This document shows positions 28,930 through 38,585 of a stretch of 64,000 bases of DNA, one piece after another; position 1 is the stretch's first letter, and every line of letters starts with the position of its first letter. The DNA is from Gallionella sp. (GTDB lineage: Bacteria > Pseudomonadota > Gammaproteobacteria > Burkholderiales > Gallionellaceae): assembly GCA_003134595.1 (NCBI GenBank), contig PLBS01000005.1:130-64129 (forward strand), given 5' to 3'. Position numbers and translations under genes: made by a program. Below the pieces are notes generated by a model that did not search any database, was not told the origin of the DNA, and saw only the letters and a program-made list of their open reading frames with translations.

Positions 28930-29385
28930 ATGCGTATTTGCCTATTTTTGATATTGATTTTGATGTCTCCTTATTCCTTTTCCGGTATTCAAAACCGTTA
29001 TTGTTTTGATGATGCAGCCGATAAAGCCGGGGTTAATAAAGACATTTTGATCGCAATCGCAATGGTTGAATCACAGCTTGATAGAACTGCTGTTCACAAG
29101 AACAGCAATGGAACAGAAGATGTTGGTGTTATGCAGATCAACTCAAGCCATTTTGAATTTCTTAAATCCGTTGGGATCGAGCGTAAAGATCTCTTCAATG
29201 CTTGTATCAATATCCATGTTGCTGCACTGCTTCTGAAAGAGTGCATGAGAATACATGGGAATACGTGGACTGCTGTAGGCGCTTTCAATGCAGGGCATTC
29301 AAAAACAGCCAAGGCAGAACGGAATAGGGCGATATATAAAATGAAAGTCTGGCTTAAATACAAGCAGCTAAAGGCGATCGCTTGA
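28930..29385 (+). CDS. Lytic transglycosylase (SLT; IagB/PilT-like)
   Basis: AIAMVES, DVGVMQINS, AVGAFNAG motifs. Confidence 0.92.
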   Translation: MRICLFLILILMSPYSFSGIQNRYCFDDAADKAGVNKDILIAIAMVESQLDRTAVHKNSNGTEDVGVMQINSSHFEFLKSVGIERKDLFNACINIHVAALLLKECMRIHGNTWTAVGAFNAGHSKTAKAERNRAIYKMKVWLKYKQLKAIA

Positions 29386-29452
29386 TGCCCATACCGGACT
29401 TGTCGTGGTCAGGACAACCGGTAGTTTCAACATCAACGCAAGGACAAAAATA

Positions 29453-29728
29453 ATGAAGGCTATGATCAGTGGTTTTTTAATGTTTTCTATTGTTGGCTGG
29501 GCGTTATGGGCGCTTTCAGCCAAAACAGATTGTGATCAGGTTCAACGCTTCGCGGCTCCAGTCAATCTTGTTTCATGGGGCGCTCGTGAGTTATCCGCAA
29601 ATTGGATAGACAACGAAGAGCGCACGTCCGCATACGTCTGGTCTGCTGAGGCAAGAGAGACAGCTGAAAAGTTGATTGCAAGAACCTTTTTTTCAAAAGA
29701 ACTGCGTTGTGTTTGGAGTAAATCATGA
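29453..29728 (+). CDS. Hypothetical exported/membrane protein
   Basis: AGGA RBS, hydrophobic N-terminus, two Cys; overlaps the next gene. Confidence 0.6.
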   Translation: MKAMISGFLMFSIVGWALWALSAKTDCDQVQRFAAPVNLVSWGARELSANWIDNEERTSAYVWSAEARETAEKLIARTFFSKELRCVWSKS

Positions 29729-29946
29729 TGATCAATAATGAAATGGCAATGATAATCGGCGCTGTATTTCTTGGCGCTTTTTCCGCAATTTTGGCTGCTT
29801 GGATTGTCCGTGCAGTCTTTTTTATTTTGAGTAGCTCTGTGTTTTGGATGGTTGGTTGTGTAGTGCAATTTGTGCGGCTAAAAGGTTGCCAGGTGATCGA
29901 CTTTATTCAGGTAAAGATTTCGGAACGCCGGGCTAATGTCAAATAA
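29725..29946 (+). CDS. Small membrane protein
   Basis: Hydrophobic 73-aa ORF that overlaps both neighbouring genes. Confidence 0.55.
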   Translation: MMINNEMAMIIGAVFLGAFSAILAAWIVRAVFFILSSSVFWMVGCVVQFVRLKGCQVIDFIQVKISERRANVK

Positions 29947-31486
29947 GCTCTTCATTAACACCTCTAAAAATGAAGAGGAAATCGTTAATTGTCTAAACGA
30001 CATAATCATCCGGGCGGTTCAAGAGCGTGTTGCTGACGTTCATTTTCAGCAGACCGACGGGCTTTGCCGTGTTCGTTTCCGCATGCCTGGCGGTTCGCTG
30101 GTAAATCACAAGGATATTGATCGCTTATGGATGACGGTTATTGACGAGAAGATCCGCGCCCGCGCGCGTCTTTCAGTTACCGACAGGATGGGGATGCAAG
30201 ATGGACGCATCAGTTTGAAGATAAGCAACTGCAATGTTGACATCCGCGTAGCAATCTCACCAGGGGTGAATGGCAGTCAATTGATCGTCTGCCGCCTCTT
30301 GGATCAGTCGAATTCTAACAGGCGTCTTGCTGATATCAACATGACGCCTGCTGTGCGCGAGGCATTCGACCGCGTACTGCTTGAGCCGAATGGTTTGCTC
30401 CTCGTTACCGGGCCGACCGGCTCCGGAAAGACAACGACATTGTATGCGTTACTCAATGAACTCAATAATGAGGCGCGCAACATCATCACGATCGAAAATC
30501 CTGTCGAGTATCGTATTCCGGAATTTCACCAGATCAACGTCGATGGTCAGTCCGTCACTTTTGCCGGGGCGTTGCGCTCTGTACTTCGCCAAGATCCAGA
30601 TGTGATATTGATCGGCGAGATTCGTGACCAGGAGACCGCCAATATAGCGGTTCAGGCGGCCATCACCGGCCACCTGGTTCTATCGACATTGCATGCAAAC
30701 AATGCTGCCATGGCGATCACGCGAATGCTTGAATTTGGCATTGATCCGCACACTTTATCTGCAGCTCTGCGCGGGGTGACAGCCCAGCGCCTTATCAGGA
30801 CGCTCGCCAACCCAGAGGAATGCGTTCGCGCGCTTCCCAATGAGGCAGAGAAAGCCTGGCTCAGGGCGAGTAATGTTTTCAGGCCTGACGCAGAATATTT
30901 GCGTCCAACCGAGCCGAAGAATTACAAGGGCTTCACCCCGGTGATGGAAGTCATTCTCGCGGATCATCGCGTAAAGAAGGCATTCCTTCATGGAGTGGAT
31001 GAGATATATGCCGCAGCGAGTCGCCAATCTCAATTCGAGACGCTGGCTCAAGCTGCCGAGCATTTTGCGTACTACGGGCTGACTTCTCTTGAAGAGGCTT
31101 GTCGTGTTTCCTCAGTACAAGAGGCCCCCACCATCAAGAATCGTCGCATTGGCCAAGTTCTTGTGGAAAAAGGTCATGTTTCTGCAGGGGATATGTATAA
31201 CCTGCTTTCGTTGCAGTCTGAATGCCGCAAGCAAGGCAACCATCATAGAATCGGGAAAATGCTGCTGGACCGAGGGATGTGTTCCGCTGAAGATTTGATG
31301 GATGCAGTCGGCTTTACCGCAGAAGCTCATGATGTCTTGTTGCGCATCTGCATAACAGAAGAGCGCCGGCATGCTCTTGCGAATTTGGTTCATAAATGGA
31401 CTCCAGGCGTGGATTCCCTATTCAAGACGGCGCTGGATTCCAATCTTGTTTCTTCTGAGGAGCTGACTGATGCGAACACTTTTTAA
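29936..31486 (+). CDS. GspE/PilB-family secretion ATPase with C-terminal MshEN-like motifs
   Basis: ADVHFQ, QDGRI, TGPTGSGKTTTLY, TIENPVE, LRQDPDVILIGEIRD, TGHLVLSTLHAN; C-terminal RIGQVLVEKG...Q...RIGKMLLDRG. Confidence 0.92.
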   Translation: MSNKLFINTSKNEEEIVNCLNDIIIRAVQERVADVHFQQTDGLCRVRFRMPGGSLVNHKDIDRLWMTVIDEKIRARARLSVTDRMGMQDGRISLKISNCNVDIRVAISPGVNGSQLIVCRLLDQSNSNRRLADINMTPAVREAFDRVLLEPNGLLLVTGPTGSGKTTTLYALLNELNNEARNIITIENPVEYRIPEFHQINVDGQSVTFAGALRSVLRQDPDVILIGEIRDQETANIAVQAAITGHLVLSTLHANNAAMAITRMLEFGIDPHTLSAALRGVTAQRLIRTLANPEECVRALPNEAEKAWLRASNVFRPDAEYLRPTEPKNYKGFTPVMEVILADHRVKKAFLHGVDEIYAAASRQSQFETLAQAAEHFAYYGLTSLEEACRVSSVQEAPTIKNRRIGQVLVEKGHVSAGDMYNLLSLQSECRKQGNHHRIGKMLLDRGMCSAEDLMDAVGFTAEAHDVLLRICITEERRHALANLVHKWTPGVDSLFKTALDSNLVSSEELTDANTF

Positions 31487-32135
31487 TTTGGCATTCGTGA
31501 TCGTTTTAACTTCTTCTCAGTGTGCATCTGCTGATACCCAGCCTTCTGCTATGCCGAACCCGATCAAGGATGTGACTCCGTATGTCGAAAAGGATAAGAC
31601 CTCAGTCATTGCCTTCTACAGATTTGGTTGCCCGGCATGCCGCATGTTCCATTCATCACTTTCTGCCTGGGGGAAGTCGCTGCCCAAAGGCATCTCTTTC
31701 CAATTCTATCCTGTTGTAGAGTCGGGTGACGGGCGTGACATCTCTGACGAAACGATGCTGGGATTGCAGACTTATTGGGTTGCCAAGCGAATAGGCACAC
31801 CGGCACAGCAAGAGTCCTTTGCTGCCGAAGCATACTCTCTGGTTCAGGATGAAAAGGTCGGCGCTAACCGTGATCGGTGGTTTGACACGCTACTTGCCCA
31901 AGGAATGAAGCGCCAAAGCATCGTTTCTGCATGGAAGGCGGAGATTGATCTTGGTGCCGCCCGTTATGATCGGCAGGCGCATTACCGCCCGACCAACACA
32001 CCATCATTGGTCATCTGCGGCAAGTGGATGATCTCCCCCGATAGCGCAAATGGTGATCCAGAATTATTCGCGCTATTGGCCAACGGACTGGTTTCTCAGT
32101 GTGCAGATGAAATTGGTGTCACATATCGGCATTAA
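31470..32135 (+). CDS. DsbA-like thiol:disulfide oxidoreductase
   Basis: Signal peptide, FYRFGCPAC active site, TPSLVICGK cis-Pro loop. Confidence 0.85.
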   Translation: MRTLFNLAFVIVLTSSQCASADTQPSAMPNPIKDVTPYVEKDKTSVIAFYRFGCPACRMFHSSLSAWGKSLPKGISFQFYPVVESGDGRDISDETMLGLQTYWVAKRIGTPAQQESFAAEAYSLVQDEKVGANRDRWFDTLLAQGMKRQSIVSAWKAEIDLGAARYDRQAHYRPTNTPSLVICGKWMISPDSANGDPELFALLANGLVSQCADEIGVTYRH

Positions 32136-32176
32136 GCACACCCATACTGATTTACCTTACCAGTTAGCTATTATCC

Positions 32177-32224
32177 ATTACCCATTTCGGAATTGAGCGG
32201 TTTAATCCAGCAAAGACAAGGAAT
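32177..32224 (+). repeat. 48-bp direct repeat, copy 1, preceded by TTANCNA-like heptamers
   Basis: ATTACCCATTTCGGAATTGAGCGGTTTAATCCAGCAAAGACAAGGAAT is identical to 49706-49753. Confidence 0.95.
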
Positions 32225-32472
32225 GTTCACTCAAAACCGAGTTTGCTGATTGACACCGCAACCACGCTTGTTTGCTCATTCTCCCTGTTGAATGTGTTAA
32301 ATGAATCGCACCTGGCGTGTGTCGAAATCAGGCCGGCTGAAATAGAGGAAGCAGCCGGGCAAGATGCTGACCAGATACACCTCGGCGACCTCACCGAGGT
32401 CACGGTGAAGGCGATGCGCAAACGCTCGGAGCATGTGGCCGATATCCTGCTGGTTTCCAGCTGGATGTTCGC

Positions 32473-32734
32473 TGAGGCGCTCTGCACCGACGCGCAACGT
32501 GACATCGTCAGGCAGCACTGGATGGCCATCGCGCAGGGCACAGAAGACGCTCATTCCTGAAAGTGGAAGTTGGACGCGAAAGAAGCTGCGTTAAAATCTT
32601 TTGTTGCAATACAAATAAATGCAATGGTATATTAAAAGCATGAATAAAGCGGTATTCTTGGTTGAGGTTCTCTGCACCGACGCGCAGCGTGATGTCGTCA
32701 GGCAGCACTATCTGACCATCCTGGCCATCGCGCA
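32473..32734 (+). repeat. Local direct duplication (32473-32535 vs 32663-32734) flanking the putative rep promoter
   Basis: CTCTGCACCGACGCGCA(A/G)CGTGA..TCGTCAGGCAGCACT...TGGCCATCGCGCA occurs twice, 190 bp apart. Confidence 0.85.
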
Positions 32735-32762
32735 CGTCAAGTAGGCCGGCAGCCACACAAAC

Positions 32763-33821
32763 ATGGCCTCAAAATTACCAACCGAGCAGCATTTTCAAAA
32801 TAGACAACTTGGTTTGTTCCAGCAATTCCTTTGCAACACCGACGATGAGCGACAAAGATTTTCAAATTCCATAGAGCTTTGGGATGCCGTTCCGCGTTAC
32901 TCCATCTCCCGCCAGGCAATGGTAAAAATGCGTGATGAGCGTGGTAATTTACCCTTGCTTCAACTCGAATTTGAATACCGGGGAACAAAGTTTAGTGTCT
33001 CGATCCAGGCAACCCAAATAGAAGAAAAAGACGAGAACAACAAACCCAAAAAATCTAAAGATGGGAAGCCAGTAACAACCGCATATTATCCTAGCGCGAA
33101 TGAGGAGCTGGTCGAAGAGGTTTTACGGAAATTGGCAGTCGACCAAGAACACGGATTTTTAATTAACGAGAAATCCACCGCTAGAAGCGGGGTCGTTTTT
33201 AGCTTGTACCAACTTCGTGAGGAATTGAAACAACGTGGCCACACTCGGTCGTTCGACGAAATCAAATTAAGCCTGGACATTCTATCAGGCAGCAACATCA
33301 AGATAATTGCCAACTCACCCACGTCGATAGACCTGCCCTTTGGGAAAAGTAACTACCTGGCAGCATTGACAGGAGTAACTCGCAAAGACATGACGATCGA
33401 CCCAGGCAAAAAGTGGATGGCGCAATTCCACCCTTTCGTCACGGCAAGTATTGATAAGCTGTCATACCGGCAGTTCAACTATCACCAGTTAATGAGCCAC
33501 ACTACACAGTTGGCGCGATGGCTGCACAAACAACTAATTCTGAAATACACATTTGCCAGCAGGTTAAAACCGTTCGAAATTCGCTATTCAACGATCAAGC
33601 GCGATAGCTCCATGCTTTATAACTATACTCGCCCAAGAAAGGCGCAGGAGGCTTGTGACTTCTCGATAAATGAGCTGATAACGAATGGGGTTCTGGCAAC
33701 GCTAGAGCGGCGCATCGAGGCCGGTGAGCGAGGTAAAATTTTGGACATTGTTTATACGCTTGTTCCTTCCAACGAATTTGTGGCCGAGGTGAAAGCGGCC
33801 AACAAACGTCAGACTTCCTAA
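32763..33821 (+). CDS. Plasmid-type replication initiator protein
   Basis: Motifs SNSIELWDAVPRY, YYPSANEELVEEVLRK, FSLYQLREEL...GHTRS, FHPFVT, LARWLHK; immediately followed by a DnaA box and iterons. Confidence 0.8.
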   Translation: MASKLPTEQHFQNRQLGLFQQFLCNTDDERQRFSNSIELWDAVPRYSISRQAMVKMRDERGNLPLLQLEFEYRGTKFSVSIQATQIEEKDENNKPKKSKDGKPVTTAYYPSANEELVEEVLRKLAVDQEHGFLINEKSTARSGVVFSLYQLREELKQRGHTRSFDEIKLSLDILSGSNIKIIANSPTSIDLPFGKSNYLAALTGVTRKDMTIDPGKKWMAQFHPFVTASIDKLSYRQFNYHQLMSHTTQLARWLHKQLILKYTFASRLKPFEIRYSTIKRDSSMLYNYTRPRKAQEACDFSINELITNGVLATLERRIEAGERGKILDIVYTLVPSNEFVAEVKAANKRQTS

Positions 33822-34043
33822 GTAAGCTTGCGCCGAAGCGCAGGAGACCAGACGCGCTACGCCGCGCCTGCGTCCTCAGCCATTGGCTTCGTCATCGGGT
33901 GTGCCGCGCGTGCGACACGGGCTACGCCCCCACCATGCATCCGCCGCCATCGACATAGACTCGTCTTCCGTATCTCATTGGATGATCGCCTCGGGGATAT
34001 CCCGAAAAATCGACTTCTGATTCCGCTTCAAAATGTACCAAAG

Positions 34044-34340
34044 TTATTCACAACCGCCCAATTGTCGGTAGGTATAGGGGGCGGGTCGCGCCTTTTTTCG
34101 GTAGGTACAGGGGGCGGATGTCGGTAGGTATAGGGGGCGGGTGCAATTTTTCACATCTTTTTGCCTCAAATCACAGAAAAAACTCGGTAGGTATAAGGGG
34201 CGGGCCGTTAGAAGTTGCTTGAAAATTAAGCAAAACGAATTTTTCATAGGTAGGTATAGGGGGCAGGTCACGTTTTTTTCGGTAGGTATAGGGGGCGGAT
34301 CGCCAAAAGAAGCCGCCGCCTCGGTAGGTTTAAGGGGCTG
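34044..34340 (+). repeat. Iteron replication origin: DnaA box TTATTCACA (34044-34052) plus seven 20-bp iterons, consensus TCGGTAGGTATAGGGGGCGG
   Basis: Copies start at 34065, 34098, 34121, 34184, 34247, 34279 and 34321; spacings 33/23/63/63/32/42 are near multiples of the helical turn. Confidence 0.9.
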
Positions 34341-34854
34341 ATCGTTTTTGTAAGTTGTTGAAGTATGGCAAGAAAGTACGGCATTTTTTGCGCCTATTCT
34401 TTTAGCCTTTGCTTACCCTTTTTTTAACCGTGAATTCCGCACGAAAAGCGAGGGGCACCCCTGCGGGGTTCCCCCACCCTTCGGGCGGCTCCCTCTCCCC
34501 AAAAGGTCACGGCTACGCCGTGTTTTTTTTGTTTGGCTGGCGGTACGCCACGGACAGTGGTACACGAACCGCAGTGCGGCAAGCCGCTTGCGTCCCCTAT
34601 GCACCCGACCGCAAAAAACGCGGTCGGGGGGCAAAGGGGTGTCGCTAGCGCTCCATTCGCGATGAACGATTGAGGTACGCGTAGCTTGTTAAACCAGCTT
34701 GGCAGAGAGGTAACCTGACCATGATATGGCATTGCAAATAGTGCAACGGGCTACGGAGAGTGGGGTGGAATCGATTTTAATCTGCTGGCGATAGTGAGTA
34801 ACAAGCGGTTTAGATCGCGTTTAACTGAAAAATCCGGATGATGTTTATAAATAG

Positions 34855-34883
34855 TTGCAACAGTATTTTATAGATGATATTCT
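34855..34883 (+). promoter_or_regulatory. Putative sigma70 promoter of the tra operon
   Basis: TTGCAA-17 bp-TATTCT with a TG extended -10. Confidence 0.5.
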
Positions 34884-34889
34884 GCGAAA

Positions 34890-35672
34890 ATGAATTCAAG
34901 CCAGATCAAACTCAAATTTCCGAAGTATTCGATGTCCGCGATCATCGTCTCGTTATTTTTTTCTGGTTGTTCAAGTCCTTCTGGGCAATCAGCGATTGTT
35001 GATGCCCCATCGGCAGTTAAAAATATTGATCACTTTGTCGGTAAATTTTGCGAGTACCGTTCTAACGACAAGCTGTCCGGCGGGCGTATGTATTCAGAGC
35101 AGGGCGGAACAAACCAATTTATTGATAGTTGCAAGCACGTGCATGTGCGCGAGTCCGATACAGTTTTTATTTACATCGGGCAGGTTACTGAAGATCTGAC
35201 AAGTGACCTGGATGAGTATCTCAACCCAAATGATTATTACTCAGAGCAAGAAATCGCAGAGATAGATTGCTTGCCAAGTTCTCAATGTGATTTGAAACGC
35301 ATTGATGCCGAGCGTATGCGCGGGCAGTTAATGCGTGGAGCAATCATTCAATTTGATACTGGTTCTTACGAGCCAAAAGACCAATCCATTTTAAATCAAA
35401 TGGCAGATGCCGCAGTTGGTGGAAAGATATCCGTAGTTGTAATTGGCAATACCGATGCTGTTGGAGCAGATGACTTCAACCTCAAATTGTCGTTGCGACG
35501 CGCATCGCGAGTGAAAGAACTTTTGGCAGCTCGTGGCGTGGCATCCGGTCTTATTCAGGTGATCGGCAATGGCAAGCAATATCCAATTGCGGATAACAAA
35601 ACTAGCGAGGGTAGAGCGATGAATCGTCGAGCCGTAATCAAGGGGGAACAGTCTGATGTCAATGACCATTGA
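34890..35672 (+). CDS. OmpA-family peptidoglycan-binding lipoprotein, first gene of the tra operon
   Basis: Lipobox FFSGC; IQFD, GNTD..G..FNLKLSLRRA, GRAMNRRA. Confidence 0.88.
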   Translation: MNSSQIKLKFPKYSMSAIIVSLFFSGCSSPSGQSAIVDAPSAVKNIDHFVGKFCEYRSNDKLSGGRMYSEQGGTNQFIDSCKHVHVRESDTVFIYIGQVTEDLTSDLDEYLNPNDYYSEQEIAEIDCLPSSQCDLKRIDAERMRGQLMRGAIIQFDTGSYEPKDQSILNQMADAAVGGKISVVVIGNTDAVGADDFNLKLSLRRASRVKELLAARGVASGLIQVIGNGKQYPIADNKTSEGRAMNRRAVIKGEQSDVNDH

Positions 35673-35937
35673 AATGCCAGAGCATGTAGATTCTCAAGCG
35701 CAGATTTTATTCTGGGAACTGGATGAGTTTGGTGCCGCCATCGGCATTGTGGGTATAGGCATTATGACCCACTGGATTATGACCAGCTTGATAGTTGTTG
35801 TGTTTGCCATACCATTCATCAAGAAAATGAAAAACAATAGTTTGAACGGTGCGGCAATTCATATTGCATGCGCTACAGGAATGTTTTTCTTTAATAAAGA
35901 ATTTCCTGATTTGCTTGAAATGGATCTGTTTGCATGA
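35656..35937 (+). CDS. traL: F-type T4SS TraL
   Basis: MPEHVD..QILFWELDE motif, TM segment, position before traE. Confidence 0.88.
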   Translation: MSMTIEMPEHVDSQAQILFWELDEFGAAIGIVGIGIMTHWIMTSLIVVVFAIPFIKKMKNNSLNGAAIHIACATGMFFFNKEFPDLLEMDLFA

Positions 35938-36551
35938 AATTTTTCTGGCAACAATCAACTTGGGAAAACGCTACGCGAGCGAACCTGGTCCTGTCTTTTG
36001 TTGCACTGATCCTGTCAATAATAGCCCTGTCGGCGGTGTTTTATTCTCAAACAAAACACGAGCGAATTGTTCTTACACCGATAGTGGTTGATAAGAAGAT
36101 GGTGCTTGATTGGAGTACCGCTGACGAGACTTATATCAAGGCGTTTGCATTGAGTGTGGCTCAGCTTGTCGGTGACTTGACCCCGGAAAACGTTACGTTT
36201 GTTGTTGATGCCATGTCGCGGTTTATGCATCCATCTATTTATGCCGATTTGCGAAAAAAAATGCTTGCCGTTTCGATAACTCGACAATTTCGAGAGCTTG
36301 CAAATTCTACGAGGTATTTGCCCAGCTCTGTTGAATATGAAGCGGAAACATCAAAAGCGTTTGTGACTGGAATTATGGAGTCATCTACCGCAACTGGAAA
36401 AGACAAGCGTCCGATGACCTACGAAATGGTAATCAGAATTGAGAGTGGGATGCCTATCGTTTATTCGTTTGATAACTACTCTGACGTTCCTCATACCAAA
36501 GAGTGGATTTCGTCTCATCCGGTCACTGAAAAGGATAGCTCTCAAAAATGA
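35934..36551 (+). CDS. traE: F-type T4SS TraE
   Basis: N-terminal TM, IVLTP, 'GDLTPENV', gene order. Confidence 0.88.
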   Translation: MKFFWQQSTWENATRANLVLSFVALILSIIALSAVFYSQTKHERIVLTPIVVDKKMVLDWSTADETYIKAFALSVAQLVGDLTPENVTFVVDAMSRFMHPSIYADLRKKMLAVSITRQFRELANSTRYLPSSVEYEAETSKAFVTGIMESSTATGKDKRPMTYEMVIRIESGMPIVYSFDNYSDVPHTKEWISSHPVTEKDSSQK

Positions 36552-37375
36552 AACGCGGACTTGTTTTATCGCTGATTTTAACGGCCATTTCTTTGCCGGC
36601 GTTTGCCGAGCAGAGTATTCCTGGACAAGTGTTGAATGCAGTTTCATCGGGTAGTTCCGATGCGATTCAGGCTCCCGCGAAAAAGCGCAAAAGATTGCCT
36701 GGCATTGCAGCCTACACACTGGACACGCGCAACGCGCTGCCGCTTACCGTTGTATCGGTTGGCAACGAAGGCACGCGTATGGTCATGCTGTCGAAGGTGT
36801 TTCCCAATCGCATCTCTACACCATTCTATGCCCCCAGGGTGATTGATAGTTCGAACGTGGACATCAAGCAGGATGGTTCAAACATTTTTGTCAGCCCGAA
36901 AACAACAGATCCATTTGTTATTTATATCACGGGAAGTGAGCCTGGTGATCAGGTGATTTCTTTGACTTTAATCCCCAAAGACATTCCGGCTCAAACGATT
37001 GTTCTTCAAGTTGATACGACCGCTGTGGTGCGTCAGCAAAAGACAGAAAGCTATACACAGCAAGTTATTGAACTGTTGCGTCTGGTAGCAGCAGGAAAAG
37101 CTCCTGAGGGGTTTTCAGAGGGGCGCATACCTGATGCTATTGCGATTAATGGCGAGCTATCTATTACTCCAAAATCGCGTTATTCGGGTTCCTGGATGGA
37201 TATTTATCGTTATTCGGTATTGAATAATGGCAAAGAAATGGCTGAGCTTTCTGAAACATCTTTTTACCGCAAAGGTGTGCGAGCTGTTGCAATTTATCCA
37301 AATCTAACCTTGCGTCCAGGCGACACAACTGATGTCTATGTTGTCGCCGACAAGTCCTCTCTGGATGGGGATTAG
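36548..37375 (+). CDS. traK: F-type T4SS TraK
   Basis: Signal peptide, PNRISTPF, SLTLIPKDIP motifs. Confidence 0.88.
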   Translation: MKRGLVLSLILTAISLPAFAEQSIPGQVLNAVSSGSSDAIQAPAKKRKRLPGIAAYTLDTRNALPLTVVSVGNEGTRMVMLSKVFPNRISTPFYAPRVIDSSNVDIKQDGSNIFVSPKTTDPFVIYITGSEPGDQVISLTLIPKDIPAQTIVLQVDTTAVVRQQKTESYTQQVIELLRLVAAGKAPEGFSEGRIPDAIAINGELSITPKSRYSGSWMDIYRYSVLNNGKEMAELSETSFYRKGVRAVAIYPNLTLRPGDTTDVYVVADKSSLDGD

Positions 37376-37379
37376 GCAC

Positions 37380-38585
37380 ATGGTAAATAAAGAACATCTG
37401 CTTGATAAATGGCGCGCAATGTCACCCAATCGTCGGATGATGATCGCTGGAGGCAGCGGCCTTGGGATTCTTGCATTGCTTACGGTGTTCTTTGGCAGCC
37501 CAGCTCCAGCTGATTTAAAAAATACATCAGGGAAGGGGCTTAGCAATTTCTCTGTCCCTATGGACAAAGATATCAGTGTGGAACAACTTGCTGCCCAGTT
37601 TGAATCTTTGAGACAAGGCCAGCAAGAGGAAAAAGCGGCGCGCCAACGTCTTGAGGCGGTTAATTTAGAGGCCAGCAAGCAGCCCAAAAACGATCCTCTG
37701 ACCGCAGATGTGGCTCGCGAAGTTCGTGACTTGCGGGTCGAGATTGATACCTTGAAAACACAAAAAGCAGCCATATTGCCGGGTCCGTTGCCGGACGAAC
37801 AGCTTCCGCCGTCGGATAGTCCTGGTGCGTTAGAAGCGCCCTCCACTCAGCCGCGTGAGACTAAAGTCGAGAGACCGTTGATACGCATTATTGGAGGCGA
37901 TCACAAGCGAGAGGAGAAGATTGCTGAAGACGATCAGCAACCTCTGGTTTATTTGCCATCCGGCTCGAATTTCGAAGGCGTTTTAATGAATGGTATGGAT
38001 GCCCCTACCTCGGGTGCAGCCAAGTCAAATCCGGTTCCAGCACTGATCCGCCTGGATACCGATGCAATTTTGCCGAGTAGATATCGTTACGACGTAAAAG
38101 AGTGTTTTTCGATTGTGACTGGTTTTGGTGTGCTTTCTACCGAACGTGCTCAGTTGCAAACGACCACCATTTCTTGCATCAAGACTGATGGTTCTGTCAT
38201 TGAGTCGAAGCTGGAAGGATATGTGGTTGGTGAAGATGGCAAAGTTGGAATGCGAGGTCGCTTGGTTACAAAACAGGGGCAGTTGCTTGCAAAGACTTTT
38301 GCTGCTGGAATTTTATCTGGGATCGGGCAGGCGTTGGCTCCAGTAGCTGTTCCTCAATTAAATGTTAATCCGGGTGTCTCAACACAAGTTCAGATCCCAA
38401 GCTTAAACGCCGTCGCAACTGCTGCGACGGCTAATGGGCTGACTGAAACTGCCAAATCGTTGTCGCAGTTTTACTTGGAGATGGCCAAGGAAATGTTTCC
38501 TGTAATCGAAATTGATGCGATGCGTCGGGTAACCATCATTCTTGTTCGGGGTGTTGAACTGAACTTGAACGGAGGAAAAAAATGA
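37380..38585 (+). CDS. traB: F-type T4SS TraB (VirB10-like)
   Basis: YLPSGS..GVLMNGMDAP, STERA, DGKVGMRGRLVTKQG, PVIEIDA. Confidence 0.92.
   Translation: MVNKEHLLDKWRAMSPNRRMMIAGGSGLGILALLTVFFGSPAPADLKNTSGKGLSNFSVPMDKDISVEQLAAQFESLRQGQQEEKAARQRLEAVNLEASKQPKNDPLTADVAREVRDLRVEIDTLKTQKAAILPGPLPDEQLPPSDSPGALEAPSTQPRETKVERPLIRIIGGDHKREEKIAEDDQQPLVYLPSGSNFEGVLMNGMDAPTSGAAKSNPVPALIRLDTDAILPSRYRYDVKECFSIVTGFGVLSTERAQLQTTTISCIKTDGSVIESKLEGYVVGEDGKVGMRGRLVTKQGQLLAKTFAAGILSGIGQALAPVAVPQLNVNPGVSTQVQIPSLNAVATAATANGLTETAKSLSQFYLEMAKEMFPVIEIDAMRRVTIILVRGVELNLNGGKK

Noticed and set aside
34065-34340. Seven 20-bp repeats as a CRISPR array
   Set aside because: Gaps between repeats are irregular (3-43 bp), the repeats are not palindromic, there are no cas genes, and they follow a rep gene and DnaA box, so they are iterons
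33828-34732. Several short ORFs across the origin region
   Set aside because: They are translations of iterons and GC-rich hairpins with no protein-like features
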